Assembly (NCBI GenBank): GCA_965248265.1 | Contig: CBDFJF010000001.1 | Span: forward strand, 1,152,001-1,216,000 | DNA: 64,000 bases | Direction: 5' to 3' | Source: Candidatus Latescibacterota bacterium | Lineage (GTDB): Bacteria > Latescibacterota > UBA2968 > UBA8231 | Part shown: positions 48,553 through 60,171 of the stretch, in pieces | Layout: the number at the start of each line of letters is the position of its first letter | Numbering within the stretch: position 1 is the first letter of the stretch | Made by a program: the position numbers and the translations under genes | The notes under the pieces: model-generated | What the model was told of the DNA's origin: nothing | The model's database searches: none | What the model saw: the letters and a program-made list of their open reading frames with translations, nothing else

Positions 48553-49406
48553 TGCGAATCTTGAGCGTCGGCGGATTTGGCCCAGTCGCCTCGGTATTGC
48601 TCGATAAATCGTTCATAGAATCTCACCGCGGAACTGCTCAGACCTTCTAGATAGCCCTTCTCCAGAAACCATGGCTGGTCCGAGAAGTAATCGAATCGAG
48701 GCTTGGACGCACTGGAGTAGGTCAACATCAGCGTTCGCCGTAAACGGTCGGTATGATAGCGGCCGCGGTGCAGGCCGTAGGGATTGAACGCGGCGCCGTC
48801 TCCGGGCGCCAGATCCAGACGCAGAGCTCCGGGCATGTCGCAGGAGCGGTTGTGGCGCTGTCCATCACCGTGGCGGATGGCGAATTCCCGCGGCGTATCC
48901 CAGCGTAAATGGGACCCCGGTACCACCTCGACGTCGTCTGATGGCACCAGAGCCACTTGCAGCTGGAAGGAGTTCCCCCTCTCGCCCAGCGTGGTGACGA
49001 CGCGCTTCTCCTCCTCTACATCGGGATGCAGAAACTGCGAGTCACGGTGCCAGTGTCCGTCCTTGCCGGTCTCGAGCGGATTCATGAACAGACTGGTGCA
49101 GCGAAAGAGGACCTCCTCTCCCAGGATGCTGCTGCCCAACTCCAGCACTCCGGGATCCGCTGCGGCTTCCAATATGGTCACCTGGCCGGCACGATCTTGT
49201 CGATGATACTCGGGGTGGTTGAGGTGACGCATTGAGGTCGCATCGACGCCACCGGCCTCGCCCGTTTCCGGGCTGCACTGACGCCACTGCTGCAGACAAC
49301 CTTCACTGATCTCGAGCAACCTCTCGCAGACGTCCGTCCCGTACAGCGACGGCGCCACCACGTAGCCTTCTCGAGCCCATTGATCCGCGATGGTTGAGTT
49401 ACTCAA
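48549..49406 (-). CDS. Phytanoyl-CoA dioxygenase family (Fe/2OG) protein
   Basis: REGYVV, WHRD, VVPGSH, GLHRG; TTG start estimated. Confidence 0.85.
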   Translation of the reverse strand: MSNSTIADQWAREGYVVAPSLYGTDVCERLLEISEGCLQQWRQCSPETGEAGGVDATSMRHLNHPEYHRQDRAGQVTILEAAADPGVLELGSSILGEEVLFRCTSLFMNPLETGKDGHWHRDSQFLHPDVEEEKRVVTTLGERGNSFQLQVALVPSDDVEVVPGSHLRWDTPREFAIRHGDGQRHNRSCDMPGALRLDLAPGDGAAFNPYGLHRGRYHTDRLRRTLMLTYSSASKPRFDYFSDQPWFLEKGYLEGLSSSAVRFYERFIEQYRGDWAKSADAQDSH

Positions 49407-49533
49407 AACGATTTCCGTGAAAAATGCTTGCCAGGGTTTTGTCTCTTCAAGGAACTTCCCTTCACCCGTTGTCCGGCGATGCAGCCCGGCGCGGACAGTC
49501 ACTCCCACTAAATGTACCCAACAGCCACTGGAC

Positions 49534-50583
49534 ATGCCGAAACTGAGAACCGCGCCCAGGACTGGCGTTGCCGCGCGCGTACTGCTGGTAGCCGATACCC
49601 ATATCGGCTTCGACCTGCCGGCGCGACCCCGAGTCCAGCGCCGCCGCCGCGGTCATGACTTTCTAGCCAACTTCGAGCGCGCCCTCCAGCCGGCCATGAA
49701 CGGCCTCGTCGACGTCGTCGTCCACGGCGGCGATCTGTTCTTTCGCAGCAAGGTGGGAGCGGGGCTCGTTGAGCAGGCGATGCGGCCACTTGTCGAAGTC
49801 GCCAGGCTCGGCGTGCCCGTCTTCATCGTGCCGGGCAACCACGAACGCTCGCGCATACCGTTGCATCTTTGGGCCACCCACCCTGGCATCCACATCTTCG
49901 ATCAACCCAGAACCTTCAGCTGCCAGGTCTCCGGCCACTCATTGGCGCTGTCGGGATTCCCGTTCGTCCCAGACATCCGGCAACGATTCGAGACGACGTT
50001 GGAGGCGACCGGCTGGCGGGGGGTTGAGGCTGACGCGAGCATCCTCTGCCTGCATCAGGCCGTGGAAGGAGCGCGCGTCGGCCCGGTCAATTTCACTTTC
50101 CGCAACGGCTCGGACGTCATCCGCGGAAGCGACATCCCACGTGGCTTCGATGCCGTGTTGTCCGGGCACATCCACCGAGCCCAACGGCTCGATCGCGAGC
50201 TGAATGGCAGAATGCTGGCAGCCCCTGTCATCTACCCGGGATCCGTCGAACGCACATCATGGGCAGAGCGAGATGAAGTAAAGAAGTTTGCCATCGTGCG
50301 CATCGGCCTCTCGGGCTCCTGCAAGGACAAATTCCTCGACTCCAACTTCGTCACCCTACCGGCGCGCCCGATGGTAGACCTGGTAGTCGACTCGATGCGA
50401 TCGACGACCGAAATCCGCGCCAACCTGGGACGGCGGCTCGGTGCCGTGGACCCGAATGCCATCGTCCGGATCCACTACGAAGGGGATTGGACCACGGAAA
50501 TTGGTAGCGCCCTCAGCGCTGATAGTCTTCGAGCCTTGGCCCCCGCGACGATGAACATCTCGCTGGCGGGAACGAGGTTCTGA
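49534..50583 (+). CDS. SbcD/Mre11-like metallophosphoesterase (DNA repair exonuclease)
   Basis: ADTHIG, HGGDLF, PGNHE, GHIH, YPGSVER. Confidence 0.85.
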   Translation: MPKLRTAPRTGVAARVLLVADTHIGFDLPARPRVQRRRRGHDFLANFERALQPAMNGLVDVVVHGGDLFFRSKVGAGLVEQAMRPLVEVARLGVPVFIVPGNHERSRIPLHLWATHPGIHIFDQPRTFSCQVSGHSLALSGFPFVPDIRQRFETTLEATGWRGVEADASILCLHQAVEGARVGPVNFTFRNGSDVIRGSDIPRGFDAVLSGHIHRAQRLDRELNGRMLAAPVIYPGSVERTSWAERDEVKKFAIVRIGLSGSCKDKFLDSNFVTLPARPMVDLVVDSMRSTTEIRANLGRRLGAVDPNAIVRIHYEGDWTTEIGSALSADSLRALAPATMNISLAGTRF

Positions 50584-50805
50584 AGCGCTATCGACCGCAT
50601 CCAGTTCGGCGTGTTCCTCCAGGAAGGCCTGTACGTCCCCATTCAGCGACTTCCCAGTCACAAACACTTCATCCAACTGATCTCCCGCAGTGTTTCTCCG
50701 GATCCCGCAACACTCAGTTCGGGGTTGCCAACGACGGATCGGGCGAGGATATTCGGCGACGGCCTAATCCGGCCGTAGTGAGCATTCATGAATTGAGGGA
50801 TCGAA

Positions 50806-53394
50806 GTGGCGCGCAAGAAAAAAAGGAAGGGTCGGCCCGGCAAAGCTCGAAATCCACCACCTGTAGCGAAGACCGTTGATCCTGTAGCAGATGCCGTTGA
50901 TCCTGTAGCAGAGCCAGTCCGTCCGACAACCTGGTCAATCAGCGATCGAACAGCGGCAATCGTCCTCGGCGTTGTGTGCGCCGCCGCCTTTTTGTCGCGT
51001 GTCCTGCCCGGCTGGAATCACATCTTCCCGGAATCTGGAGAGGTTCAGCTGCTTGGCGTTGACCCCTATTACCACCTGCGCCACGCTCGTTTCGCCGCCG
51101 ATCATTTCCCGGACCTGATGCGTTGGGACATCGGCACGCACTACCCCACAGGACAACGAGCCCACACGGCCAGTCTTTTCGATCTCGGAATCGCATCGGT
51201 CGCCTATGTAATCGGGTTGGGCGACCCCAGTGAGTGGTTGGTCGACTGCGTAGCGGTATGGACGCCGGCGATCCTGGGTACGCTTTCGTTTGCCCTTCTC
51301 TATCTGCTTGCGCAATCCGTCTTCAGCCGGTTGGCTGCCCTGACGGCGACCGCGGTGTATGTGATGTACCCTGGCACCTCCCTCCACCGTACCCTTTTCG
51401 GCTTCGCCGACCACCATGTCGCGGAGATGGCCCTCGGGTTACTGACAACATGGGGATTGATCCGGTGTCTCCAAACGTGTGAGCGCGCGAGCCCGGGTTG
51501 GCGGCCGTTGTTACCGATTGTTGGCTATGCGTTGCCGGCAGCCCTTCTTGTGTACACCTGGGCAGGGGGGGCGATTTATCTGCTGATTATTCTTGTCATC
51601 CTGTGTGCAGTGAGCGCCGTTGAAATCGCCCACAATCCCGAATCCATGGCAACCGCTCGCGCTTCGCTTCTGTACGGCGGTGTTCTGTTGTCCATGATCG
51701 CGTTGCCAGGCATCATTTGGAGGGATCTGGTGATGGCCGAAGAAAGGTTCCCCCTCACCGTGCTGGGATGCCTGGTCATCGCACTCGTTCCCGCCGTGTA
51801 TGCCTACGCTGCTCGAGCCGTGGTCCGGAAGGCTGGTAACGCCCACCTCGTCGCTATCGCATCATCCGCACTGGTTGCAATCGCCGCCATCGTTTTCGTC
51901 TGGCAGCACCCGCTTGCCAATCAGATGATGTCGTTGCTGTTACAACAAAAAGTCAAAACGCTGGCTGAACATCGCACGGTTGACTGGACGCTGTACTGGA
52001 AACTGTTGGGATCGGGAGGGGTGATAGCTCTGGCTGGATTGCCACTGGCTTTGATTCAATCGATTCGATCGGCAGAGAGACGGTACAGCCTGGTCGCAAT
52101 CTTGATGGGTATGACATGGATCGGCCTCTGGATGAGTGCCAACGACTATGATTATGTGCCACCGATGTTTGTCGCCTTGCTGACGGGTTTTGTCATCGAT
52201 CAGATAATCACCCGTGCTTCGGCTCTCAGAACGGGGGCGATCCGCGTTGTGGCGGTTGCCGTCATAGCCGTCGTCCTGGTGGCCCCGATATGGCCATTCC
52301 AAAGTGTGATAATGCCGTGGGGGAAAAAGAAAGTATTTGACGAGCACCTGGTCATCAACGACGGCTGGACGCAGGCCATGGAGTGGCTGAGGAACGAAAC
52401 GCCAGAGCCATCGGTGGGAATAGATGAGCCTGTCGAACCATGGACCGAGGGTGGCGGCGGGTTCCGCTATCCGCCCGACACCTATGGCGTATTCTGCCCC
52501 TGGGATTTCGGCAACATGATCGCCGCCCTTGGCAAACGAGTCCCTGTATGGAGCCAGTGGACTTCGAAGACGACGGCCGAGTGGCTCTTATGCGAAGACG
52601 AAGTGAAGTCACGTGAGCTGCTCTGCCCGGAGTGTGAAGACGGGGAGCAGGTTCGTTACGTGGTCCTCGAAGCGCGAACCATCGCGAACCATTTTCCGGG
52701 CAAGGTACTCAATACGGGACGTCGATTGGAGGAATACGACTCGCAACGTGCAGATTGGTACGTGATCAGTGAGGAGGAGAAGATCCTTCGTCGCACCTTT
52801 GGCACCCGCTATCGCAACGCGATGGCCGTACGCATGTACGTCGACGATGCCCGTGACCTGGGGCATTACCGGCTGGTTTACGAATCCGCTCATGAAAGCT
52901 ATATCCCCTATTTGCTGGAATACGGCACTCTCCGGTTCAAGCGAGTAGCCTTCAACATTAGTTCGCAAACTAAACGGGAGGAGTATTCCAAGCGCAGTGG
53001 CGTTGGCCACATAGGCAAGACGGACGACCACTGGGAATATGACGGCATCATTACCGGGACGGTAAAAATCTTTGAACACGTGAACGGTGCGCGCCTGCAG
53101 GGAACGGCGGCGGCCAATTCCACCCTCGAGGCTCAACTAACTCTGTACTGTGGACCGGAAGGCGATGAGTTGCAATATAGCCGATCCGTCCAGGCGGGCG
53201 ATGACGGCCGTTTCGAACTCGTCGTCGCCCACGCCACTACGCTTGGCACGGGGGCGTGGAGCTGCTCGTCGAAGGGACCGTACGAGATCTTGATCGCGCC
53301 CCCGGGGAGCCGCAACGTAATCAAATCGGTTAACCTCCTGGTGGAGGATTCGCAGGTCCGCGACGGGGAGACCGTCGATCTGGGCAGGTTGTGA
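50806..53394 (+). CDS. STT3/AglB-type oligosaccharyltransferase
   Basis: GVDPYYHLR, FADHHVAE, about 13 TMs, WLRNETP, PWDFG (WWDYG variant), VKIFE. Confidence 0.88.
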   Translation: MARKKKRKGRPGKARNPPPVAKTVDPVADAVDPVAEPVRPTTWSISDRTAAIVLGVVCAAAFLSRVLPGWNHIFPESGEVQLLGVDPYYHLRHARFAADHFPDLMRWDIGTHYPTGQRAHTASLFDLGIASVAYVIGLGDPSEWLVDCVAVWTPAILGTLSFALLYLLAQSVFSRLAALTATAVYVMYPGTSLHRTLFGFADHHVAEMALGLLTTWGLIRCLQTCERASPGWRPLLPIVGYALPAALLVYTWAGGAIYLLIILVILCAVSAVEIAHNPESMATARASLLYGGVLLSMIALPGIIWRDLVMAEERFPLTVLGCLVIALVPAVYAYAARAVVRKAGNAHLVAIASSALVAIAAIVFVWQHPLANQMMSLLLQQKVKTLAEHRTVDWTLYWKLLGSGGVIALAGLPLALIQSIRSAERRYSLVAILMGMTWIGLWMSANDYDYVPPMFVALLTGFVIDQIITRASALRTGAIRVVAVAVIAVVLVAPIWPFQSVIMPWGKKKVFDEHLVINDGWTQAMEWLRNETPEPSVGIDEPVEPWTEGGGGFRYPPDTYGVFCPWDFGNMIAALGKRVPVWSQWTSKTTAEWLLCEDEVKSRELLCPECEDGEQVRYVVLEARTIANHFPGKVLNTGRRLEEYDSQRADWYVISEEEKILRRTFGTRYRNAMAVRMYVDDARDLGHYRLVYESAHESYIPYLLEYGTLRFKRVAFNISSQTKREEYSKRSGVGHIGKTDDHWEYDGIITGTVKIFEHVNGARLQGTAAANSTLEAQLTLYCGPEGDELQYSRSVQAGDDGRFELVVAHATTLGTGAWSCSSKGPYEILIAPPGSRNVIKSVNLLVEDSQVRDGETVDLGRL
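50860..50914. repeat. 21-bp in-frame tandem repeat (about 2.6 copies; VDPVA[DE])
   Basis: CCGTTGATCCTGTAGCAGA repeated at 50873 and 50894. Confidence 0.7.
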
Positions 53395-53397
53395 CTC

Positions 53398-54213
53398 ATG
53401 TCCGTAACCACCATTGACGGAAGCCCGCTATCCGCCCTTGGACTTAGCGGCAATCCGGAGATAGAGATTGACTGCGTGCCGGCCGCAGCTGCTGCCGGTA
53501 TCAATTGGTTCTTTTTTTATGACAAGACCTCCACGAACCTCATCGAAGGCCTTGTCCCACTGATGCAGTCCGAACGCAACCGCCTGTTCGTAGCCACCGG
53601 TTCCGAATCCCGCGACCGCAGCACGCTCGAGCGCTACCTGGATGAGATACGGCTGCGCCTCCGGATCGATGTCATCGATCTGTTCCTGGCCGAGTACGTC
53701 AATCCAAAGGATGATATGGATGGATTGCTGGATCATGGTGGCGTACTCGACCTGTTGGCTGAATGGAAGCGTCAGGGAAGGATCAGGTACACCGGCGCTT
53801 CGGCTCACGACCGCGACCTCGCCGTCCAACTCATCCGCAGCGGCAAGATCGACCTGCTCATGCACCGCTATAACATGGCCCACAGGAAGTCCGAAGAGCA
53901 GGTCATGCCCGAGGCTCAGCGTGCAGGCGTGCCCGTCCTCGGATTCACTGCGACGCGGTGGGGCACCCTGCTGGAGGGCCATCCCGAATGGGACGGCACC
54001 GTGCCTGATGCTGCCGATTGTTACCGCTTCGTGCTCGCGGACCCGGCGGTGCTGGCGACCTTCACCTCTCCCGCCACGGCGTCTCAGCTACACGATAACC
54101 TCTCCGTGCTGGAGAGACGGATGATAACACCGGCCGAGCGCGAGGAATGGGAGCGGTACGGCGCTCTCGTGTACGGTGAGGGCGGCGACAGCTTCGAAAC
54201 CGATTGGCCGTGA
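53398..54213 (+). CDS. Aldo/keto reductase
   Basis: SALGL, LRIDVIDLF, GRIRYTGASAH, RYNMAHR. Confidence 0.85.
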   Translation: MSVTTIDGSPLSALGLSGNPEIEIDCVPAAAAAGINWFFFYDKTSTNLIEGLVPLMQSERNRLFVATGSESRDRSTLERYLDEIRLRLRIDVIDLFLAEYVNPKDDMDGLLDHGGVLDLLAEWKRQGRIRYTGASAHDRDLAVQLIRSGKIDLLMHRYNMAHRKSEEQVMPEAQRAGVPVLGFTATRWGTLLEGHPEWDGTVPDAADCYRFVLADPAVLATFTSPATASQLHDNLSVLERRMITPAEREEWERYGALVYGEGGDSFETDWP

Positions 54214-54262
54214 TCACGGCGGACAAGCTGGACCGCGTTGCCTGATCCGTAGGGCGGCCCGC

Positions 54263-55882
<1,620 letters not shown>

Positions 55883-55986
55883 GGTGTTTCCTCATTCGGA
55901 GAAACAGCGCGGATTCGAAGCCGGTTACAACATTGGTCGATCGGCAGTAATGTACTTGCGGGTCTGAACCTGACAAGGTCGGCGCA

Positions 55987-56994
55987 TCAGCTCACTCGCG
56001 GCATCACCCTGTCGGCGAACAGGCGCATCGAAGCAGCCACTTCACGGTGGGCCATCCCCCCCCAGCGGAACCAGCCCAGAATCTCGCCGCCACCGACCTC
56101 GGCGACATGGTTGATCTCGTCGACGACGCGTTCGGGGCATCCGGCGATCATTCGTTGAGCGAGAAACTCTGACACCTGCTCGTCAACCTGTTTGTCTGTG
56201 ACTTCCGTGAAGGCGAGTTGGTTACGCATCCGCACCAGCCACACCGAATGCTCGCGCGCCAGTCGGCGCGCCTCGTCATCATCGTCAGCCACGTAGATCG
56301 TCCGCATCACACCGGTCTGCGCCAGGCGGCGGTTCACCTCGGCCTCTGACTGCCCCACGGCGGCGGCAGCTTCGCGGTAAACCTTCAGCAAGTTCTCGAT
56401 CTGGTCAGACGCGACCAGCAATAACAGCCGCAACGCTAATTTCGCCACCTGGGTCACCGAGGCCGGGCTTCCCGCGGCAATGGCGATGGGAGGGTGGGGA
56501 CGTTGGTACGGCTTCGGCAGCACGGACACGTTGTCGAAGTCGTAGTACTGACCGTGATAACTGAATTCTTCCTCGCGCCAGGCTTTCAGAACAACCTCTG
56601 TTCCCTCACGATGCCGCTCGTGCCGCTCATCCAGAGGCACTCCGTAAAGATCGAACTCGTATGGCGCGTACCCCGGACCGAAGCCGGCGATGACTCTACC
56701 ATTGCTGAGTTGATCCACGAAAGCGACCTCCTCGGCCAGTCGCAGTGGGTGATGAAGCGGAGTGACGTTGACGGCGTAGCCGATCTTTACCCGTTGCGTG
56801 CGCATGGCCACGGCGGCACCCAGAACGGAAGCCGAGGCGCACAGGCCAAATCGGGAAGAGTGGTGTTCGGCAAGCCACACTGTATTGAACCCCATCGACT
56901 CGGCCAGATCAACCTCTTTCAGAGTCTCGTGGATAACATCGTGTGCCGTCGTCCCCTCCGGCATCGGCAGTATGTGGAAGGTACCGAACTTCAT
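55987..56994 (-). CDS. LLM class flavin-dependent oxidoreductase
   Basis: WLAEHH, HPLRLAEE, LSNGR, PKPYQRPHPPI. Confidence 0.92.
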   Translation of the reverse strand: MKFGTFHILPMPEGTTAHDVIHETLKEVDLAESMGFNTVWLAEHHSSRFGLCASASVLGAAVAMRTQRVKIGYAVNVTPLHHPLRLAEEVAFVDQLSNGRVIAGFGPGYAPYEFDLYGVPLDERHERHREGTEVVLKAWREEEFSYHGQYYDFDNVSVLPKPYQRPHPPIAIAAGSPASVTQVAKLALRLLLLVASDQIENLLKVYREAAAAVGQSEAEVNRRLAQTGVMRTIYVADDDDEARRLAREHSVWLVRMRNQLAFTEVTDKQVDEQVSEFLAQRMIAGCPERVVDEINHVAEVGGGEILGWFRWGGMAHREVAASMRLFADRVMPRVS

Positions 56995-57160
56995 GATAGG
57001 AGCCTGTCCGAGTATTCGCTTTGAAGGCGAGGGAGCGTCATTGTCGTCGATGGCAAGGCGCGTGAGCGATCTGAATTTATGAATTCAGAGAGTGAAACGG
57101 AACGCAGGCAGCGGCGGCAATGACGCTCCCGCAGCCCAAATGGGATACTCGGACAGGCTC

Positions 57161-58444
57161 CTAATGCGAGACGACGGCCTCCAGCGACTCCCGCGCCGCC
57201 TCCAGCGTGCGGTCGATATCATCGTTCGAGTGGACGAACGACAGGTACAACTTGCCACCCGGATTGCAGAGGATACCCCGCTTGAGCATCTCGATACCCC
57301 AGAGGCGCGCCATGGCAGCGTCGGCCTGCAAACTGTCGATGTGGTTGAGAATCGTCGCTTCGGTGAAGAATGGCTGCAGGACCGGTCCGTCCCCCAATAC
57401 CTGAAGCGGCACCCCCATGTCGGCACCGATCGCCTCTAGCCCCTGACTCAGTCGATCTGCCACTTCGTACAAACGCAGGTACACGCCGTCTTTGGCCAAC
57501 TCATCCAGGCAGGCGAGACCCGCCGCGGCGCCGATCGGATTGCCGTTCACGGTGCCGCTGACGAAGGCGTACTCCTGCCCCTGCCCTTTTCGACGTGGGT
57601 CGCCGCAGTCGAGAATGTCGGCTCGTCCGCACACGGCCGCGATCGGGTAACCGCCACTGATGGTCTTGCCGTAGGTGGCAATGTCAGGGATGACGCCGTA
57701 GCGTTCCTGAGCTCCCCCCCATGCAAGACGGAAACCGGTAACGATCTCGTCGAATATGAGGGCAATTCCATGTCGGCTGGTCGATTCCCGCAGGGCCTCC
57801 AGGAATCCGGGCTGTGGGCGGACCGTGCGCTGCAACGGCTCGACCATGACGGCGGCGATGTCGTCAGCCTCCGCGTCAATCAGACGGAGTGCGGTTTCGG
57901 TATCATTGAACGGGGATACCAGTACGCTGGCGCCAACGGCACTTGGGATGCCGGCGCAATCCGGCACTGCTTCTGGATAATGGGCAGGCTCTGTGGGTGT
58001 TGTTCCCTGCTGCGCGTAGTCATGCCCGCCATGCCATCCACCCTCGAATTTGAGGATCTTCTCTCGCCCGCTTCGGGCACGCGCCATCCTCAAGGCAGCG
58101 AAGGTCGCCTCCGTCCCCGACGACACGAAGCGGATCCGTTCGCCGCAGGGAGCCGCCTCGACGACGCGCTCGGCAAGGTTGATCGTCGGCGCGCTTGGCA
58201 CATAAAAGGTCGATCCCAGCGCAGCCTGCCGTTGCACGGCTTCGACGACAGCCGGGTGGGCGTGGCCGAGAATCATCGGGCCTGAGCCCAGGATGTAATC
58301 GATGTACTCGCGGCCGTCGACGTCGAACACCTTCGAGCCCTCGCCGCGCCCGATGACAGTGGCGACCTCCTCCGGCAGCCGAAAACTGCCCAGACATCCT
58401 CCGACCAGGTACCGATCGGCTTTCTCGAGTAGCGATTGTAGCAT
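57161..58444 (-). CDS. Class III PLP aminotransferase (glutamate-1-semialdehyde aminomutase-like)
   Basis: DVDGREYID, SGTEAT, FDEIVTGFR, GKTISGG; specificity not assignable. Confidence 0.88.
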   Translation of the reverse strand: MLQSLLEKADRYLVGGCLGSFRLPEEVATVIGRGEGSKVFDVDGREYIDYILGSGPMILGHAHPAVVEAVQRQAALGSTFYVPSAPTINLAERVVEAAPCGERIRFVSSGTEATFAALRMARARSGREKILKFEGGWHGGHDYAQQGTTPTEPAHYPEAVPDCAGIPSAVGASVLVSPFNDTETALRLIDAEADDIAAVMVEPLQRTVRPQPGFLEALRESTSRHGIALIFDEIVTGFRLAWGGAQERYGVIPDIATYGKTISGGYPIAAVCGRADILDCGDPRRKGQGQEYAFVSGTVNGNPIGAAAGLACLDELAKDGVYLRLYEVADRLSQGLEAIGADMGVPLQVLGDGPVLQPFFTEATILNHIDSLQADAAMARLWGIEMLKRGILCNPGGKLYLSFVHSNDDIDRTLEAARESLEAVVSH

Positions 58445-58454
58445 GCAGAATCCT

Positions 58455-59213
58455 CTATTTGTTGCCCCGCGCGTGACCACCACGCGTGAGATAGTCGTAG
58501 CTCTTGATGACCGCCTCCATCATGTCCGTTTCACAGCGATCGAGTTCGACGATCCACCAGTCGACGTTATCGCCTCCCGCAGCGATGAGGCCGTCGACGT
58601 CGGTGACACCATCGCCCAATGCCTGCATGTCCCTCTCGAGATCGCAGGGTCCGTCTTTGACATGGACGAGTGGAGTTCGTGGGCCCAGTTCACGGAGGAT
58701 GGGCACGGGATCCGCGCCCGCCGTCTGCACCCAGTAGGCATCAAGCTGGAAAAGTACCTCATCGTCAAGGTCTTCCAGCAGATGCTTGTACCCGAGTGCA
58801 CCCTCGACCTCCTGAAACTCCCACCAGTGATTATGGATTACGAAGGACAGGCCGGCTTGTTTACAGACATCGACGGCCTCGTTGAAGCGATGGGCCGTGG
58901 CCTTGATACTCTCCCGGCTACTGAAGTCGTCCGGTCCGCAGCCTGAGACGAGGCGCTCAATACCCAGGGTGGCCGCGGTGTCGAGAGATTCCTGACGCTT
59001 GTCCCCTACCGGCAACGGCAGGTGAGCGCTGCAGACGTCGAGGCCAAGATCTGCGAACAGCTTCGCCGCTGCTTCGGGCGTTGTGCCGGGAAAGCCGGCG
59101 GTCTCGACGCCGACGTAGCCGATTTCGGCCGCCCGCCGGGTGATAAAATCAAAACCTTGGAGTGCAGCGGTTTCTCGCAGGGTGTACAGTTGCAGTGCGA
59201 TGGGTGCTGGCAT
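58455..59213 (-). CDS. Sugar phosphate isomerase/epimerase (TIM barrel)
   Basis: ALQLYTLR, HNHWWEF, QLDAYW, HVKD, IVELD. Confidence 0.88.
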   Translation of the reverse strand: MPAPIALQLYTLRETAALQGFDFITRRAAEIGYVGVETAGFPGTTPEAAAKLFADLGLDVCSAHLPLPVGDKRQESLDTAATLGIERLVSGCGPDDFSSRESIKATAHRFNEAVDVCKQAGLSFVIHNHWWEFQEVEGALGYKHLLEDLDDEVLFQLDAYWVQTAGADPVPILRELGPRTPLVHVKDGPCDLERDMQALGDGVTDVDGLIAAGGDNVDWWIVELDRCETDMMEAVIKSYDYLTRGGHARGNK

Positions 59214-59242
59214 GGAGATTCTCCTGTCCCCCAGTGCTGGAT

Positions 59243-59373
59243 CCGGCCAGCTCACGTCCTGAAACACCCGACTCCCCCGGACCAAAGTAGCTTTCATCGG
59301 TCCCGATCTTGAGGATGAATTGATTGCGGCAGTTGACGAACGTGGGGTAGGATCTGATGTCGGTGATTTCCAT
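59243..59373 (-). pseudogene. N-terminal remnant of a galactonate dehydratase/mandelate racemase family gene
   Basis: MEITDIRSYPTFVNCRNQFILKIGTDESYFGPGESGVSGRELA matches the family start (KITDI...RN...VK.ETDEG..G.GE); similarity ends after about 43 aa. Confidence 0.65.
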
Positions 59374-59499
59374 GGTCAGGTGACAACCTAAGGCTTGAGT
59401 GCGGCGCGGCAAGCTTGACCCGCATTCGGCGAGGCCCATATACTCGCGCGACACCATGGGAGCGGATCGCTGGAACGCGGATCGCAGGAGAGCGGATCG

Positions 59500-59931
59500 A
59501 TGAGCTGGCTCAAACGCTTGATGTTGGGCACCCCCTCGGGGTCGGCGAAGAAGGACACTGGACCCACCCCTTCCACGGTCGCAGATTCCGCCTACGAAAA
59601 AACCGCCACCGGGTTGGAGTACTACGACATCAAGGTGGGTGCGGGTGCGGTTCCCTCCAAGGGCGCACAGGTCAAGGTCCACTACAGCGGATGGTTGACC
59701 AGCGGCAAACGCTTCGACAGCTCCGTCGTCAGAGGCAAACCCTTCAGCTTCATGGTCGGGCGTCGCAAGGTGATCAAGGGCTGGGATGAGGGGGTGATGT
59801 CGATGAAGGTCGGTGGCGTACGGCAGTTGAGGGTACCGCCGGCTCTCGGTTACGGCGCTCGTGGCGACCCGCCGGTCATACCCGTGAACGCGACCCTCAT
59901 TTTTGAAATAGAACTCCTCGAAATCGGATAG
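59500..59931 (+). CDS. FKBP-type peptidyl-prolyl cis-trans isomerase
   Basis: VHYSGWL, FDSS, VIKGWDEG, LGYG, TLIFEIELL. Confidence 0.95.
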   Translation: MSWLKRLMLGTPSGSAKKDTGPTPSTVADSAYEKTATGLEYYDIKVGAGAVPSKGAQVKVHYSGWLTSGKRFDSSVVRGKPFSFMVGRRKVIKGWDEGVMSMKVGGVRQLRVPPALGYGARGDPPVIPVNATLIFEIELLEIG

Positions 59932-60171
59932 TTGTTGGGGTGAGGCGATCTACACACGGCCACCTATCCCGATTCGTCCCGCCCTGCCGAGCTGCTCCTG
60001 CCAGAGCTTGGCGCCCACCACAACCCGCCACCAACGACCTGGAGCAAACTCGGCCGTTCGGCGTAGAATGATACCCGCCAGTACGGAAAACAGGACGGCA
60101 AGAATATTGCATGATTGCCGTTGGCGCCCGGACCGTAATGGCGAAAAGGGCGTAGGCCAGTGTGCCAAGGA

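Noticed and set aside
50584-50800. Short minus-strand ORF pieces (DEVFVTGKSLNGDVQAFLEEH)
   Set aside because: Possibly a gene remnant, but I cannot support a family assignment or a coherent start
57161-58444. Calling this gene hemL
   Set aside because: It lacks the typical GGVNSPVR N-terminal motif and sits in a catabolic context
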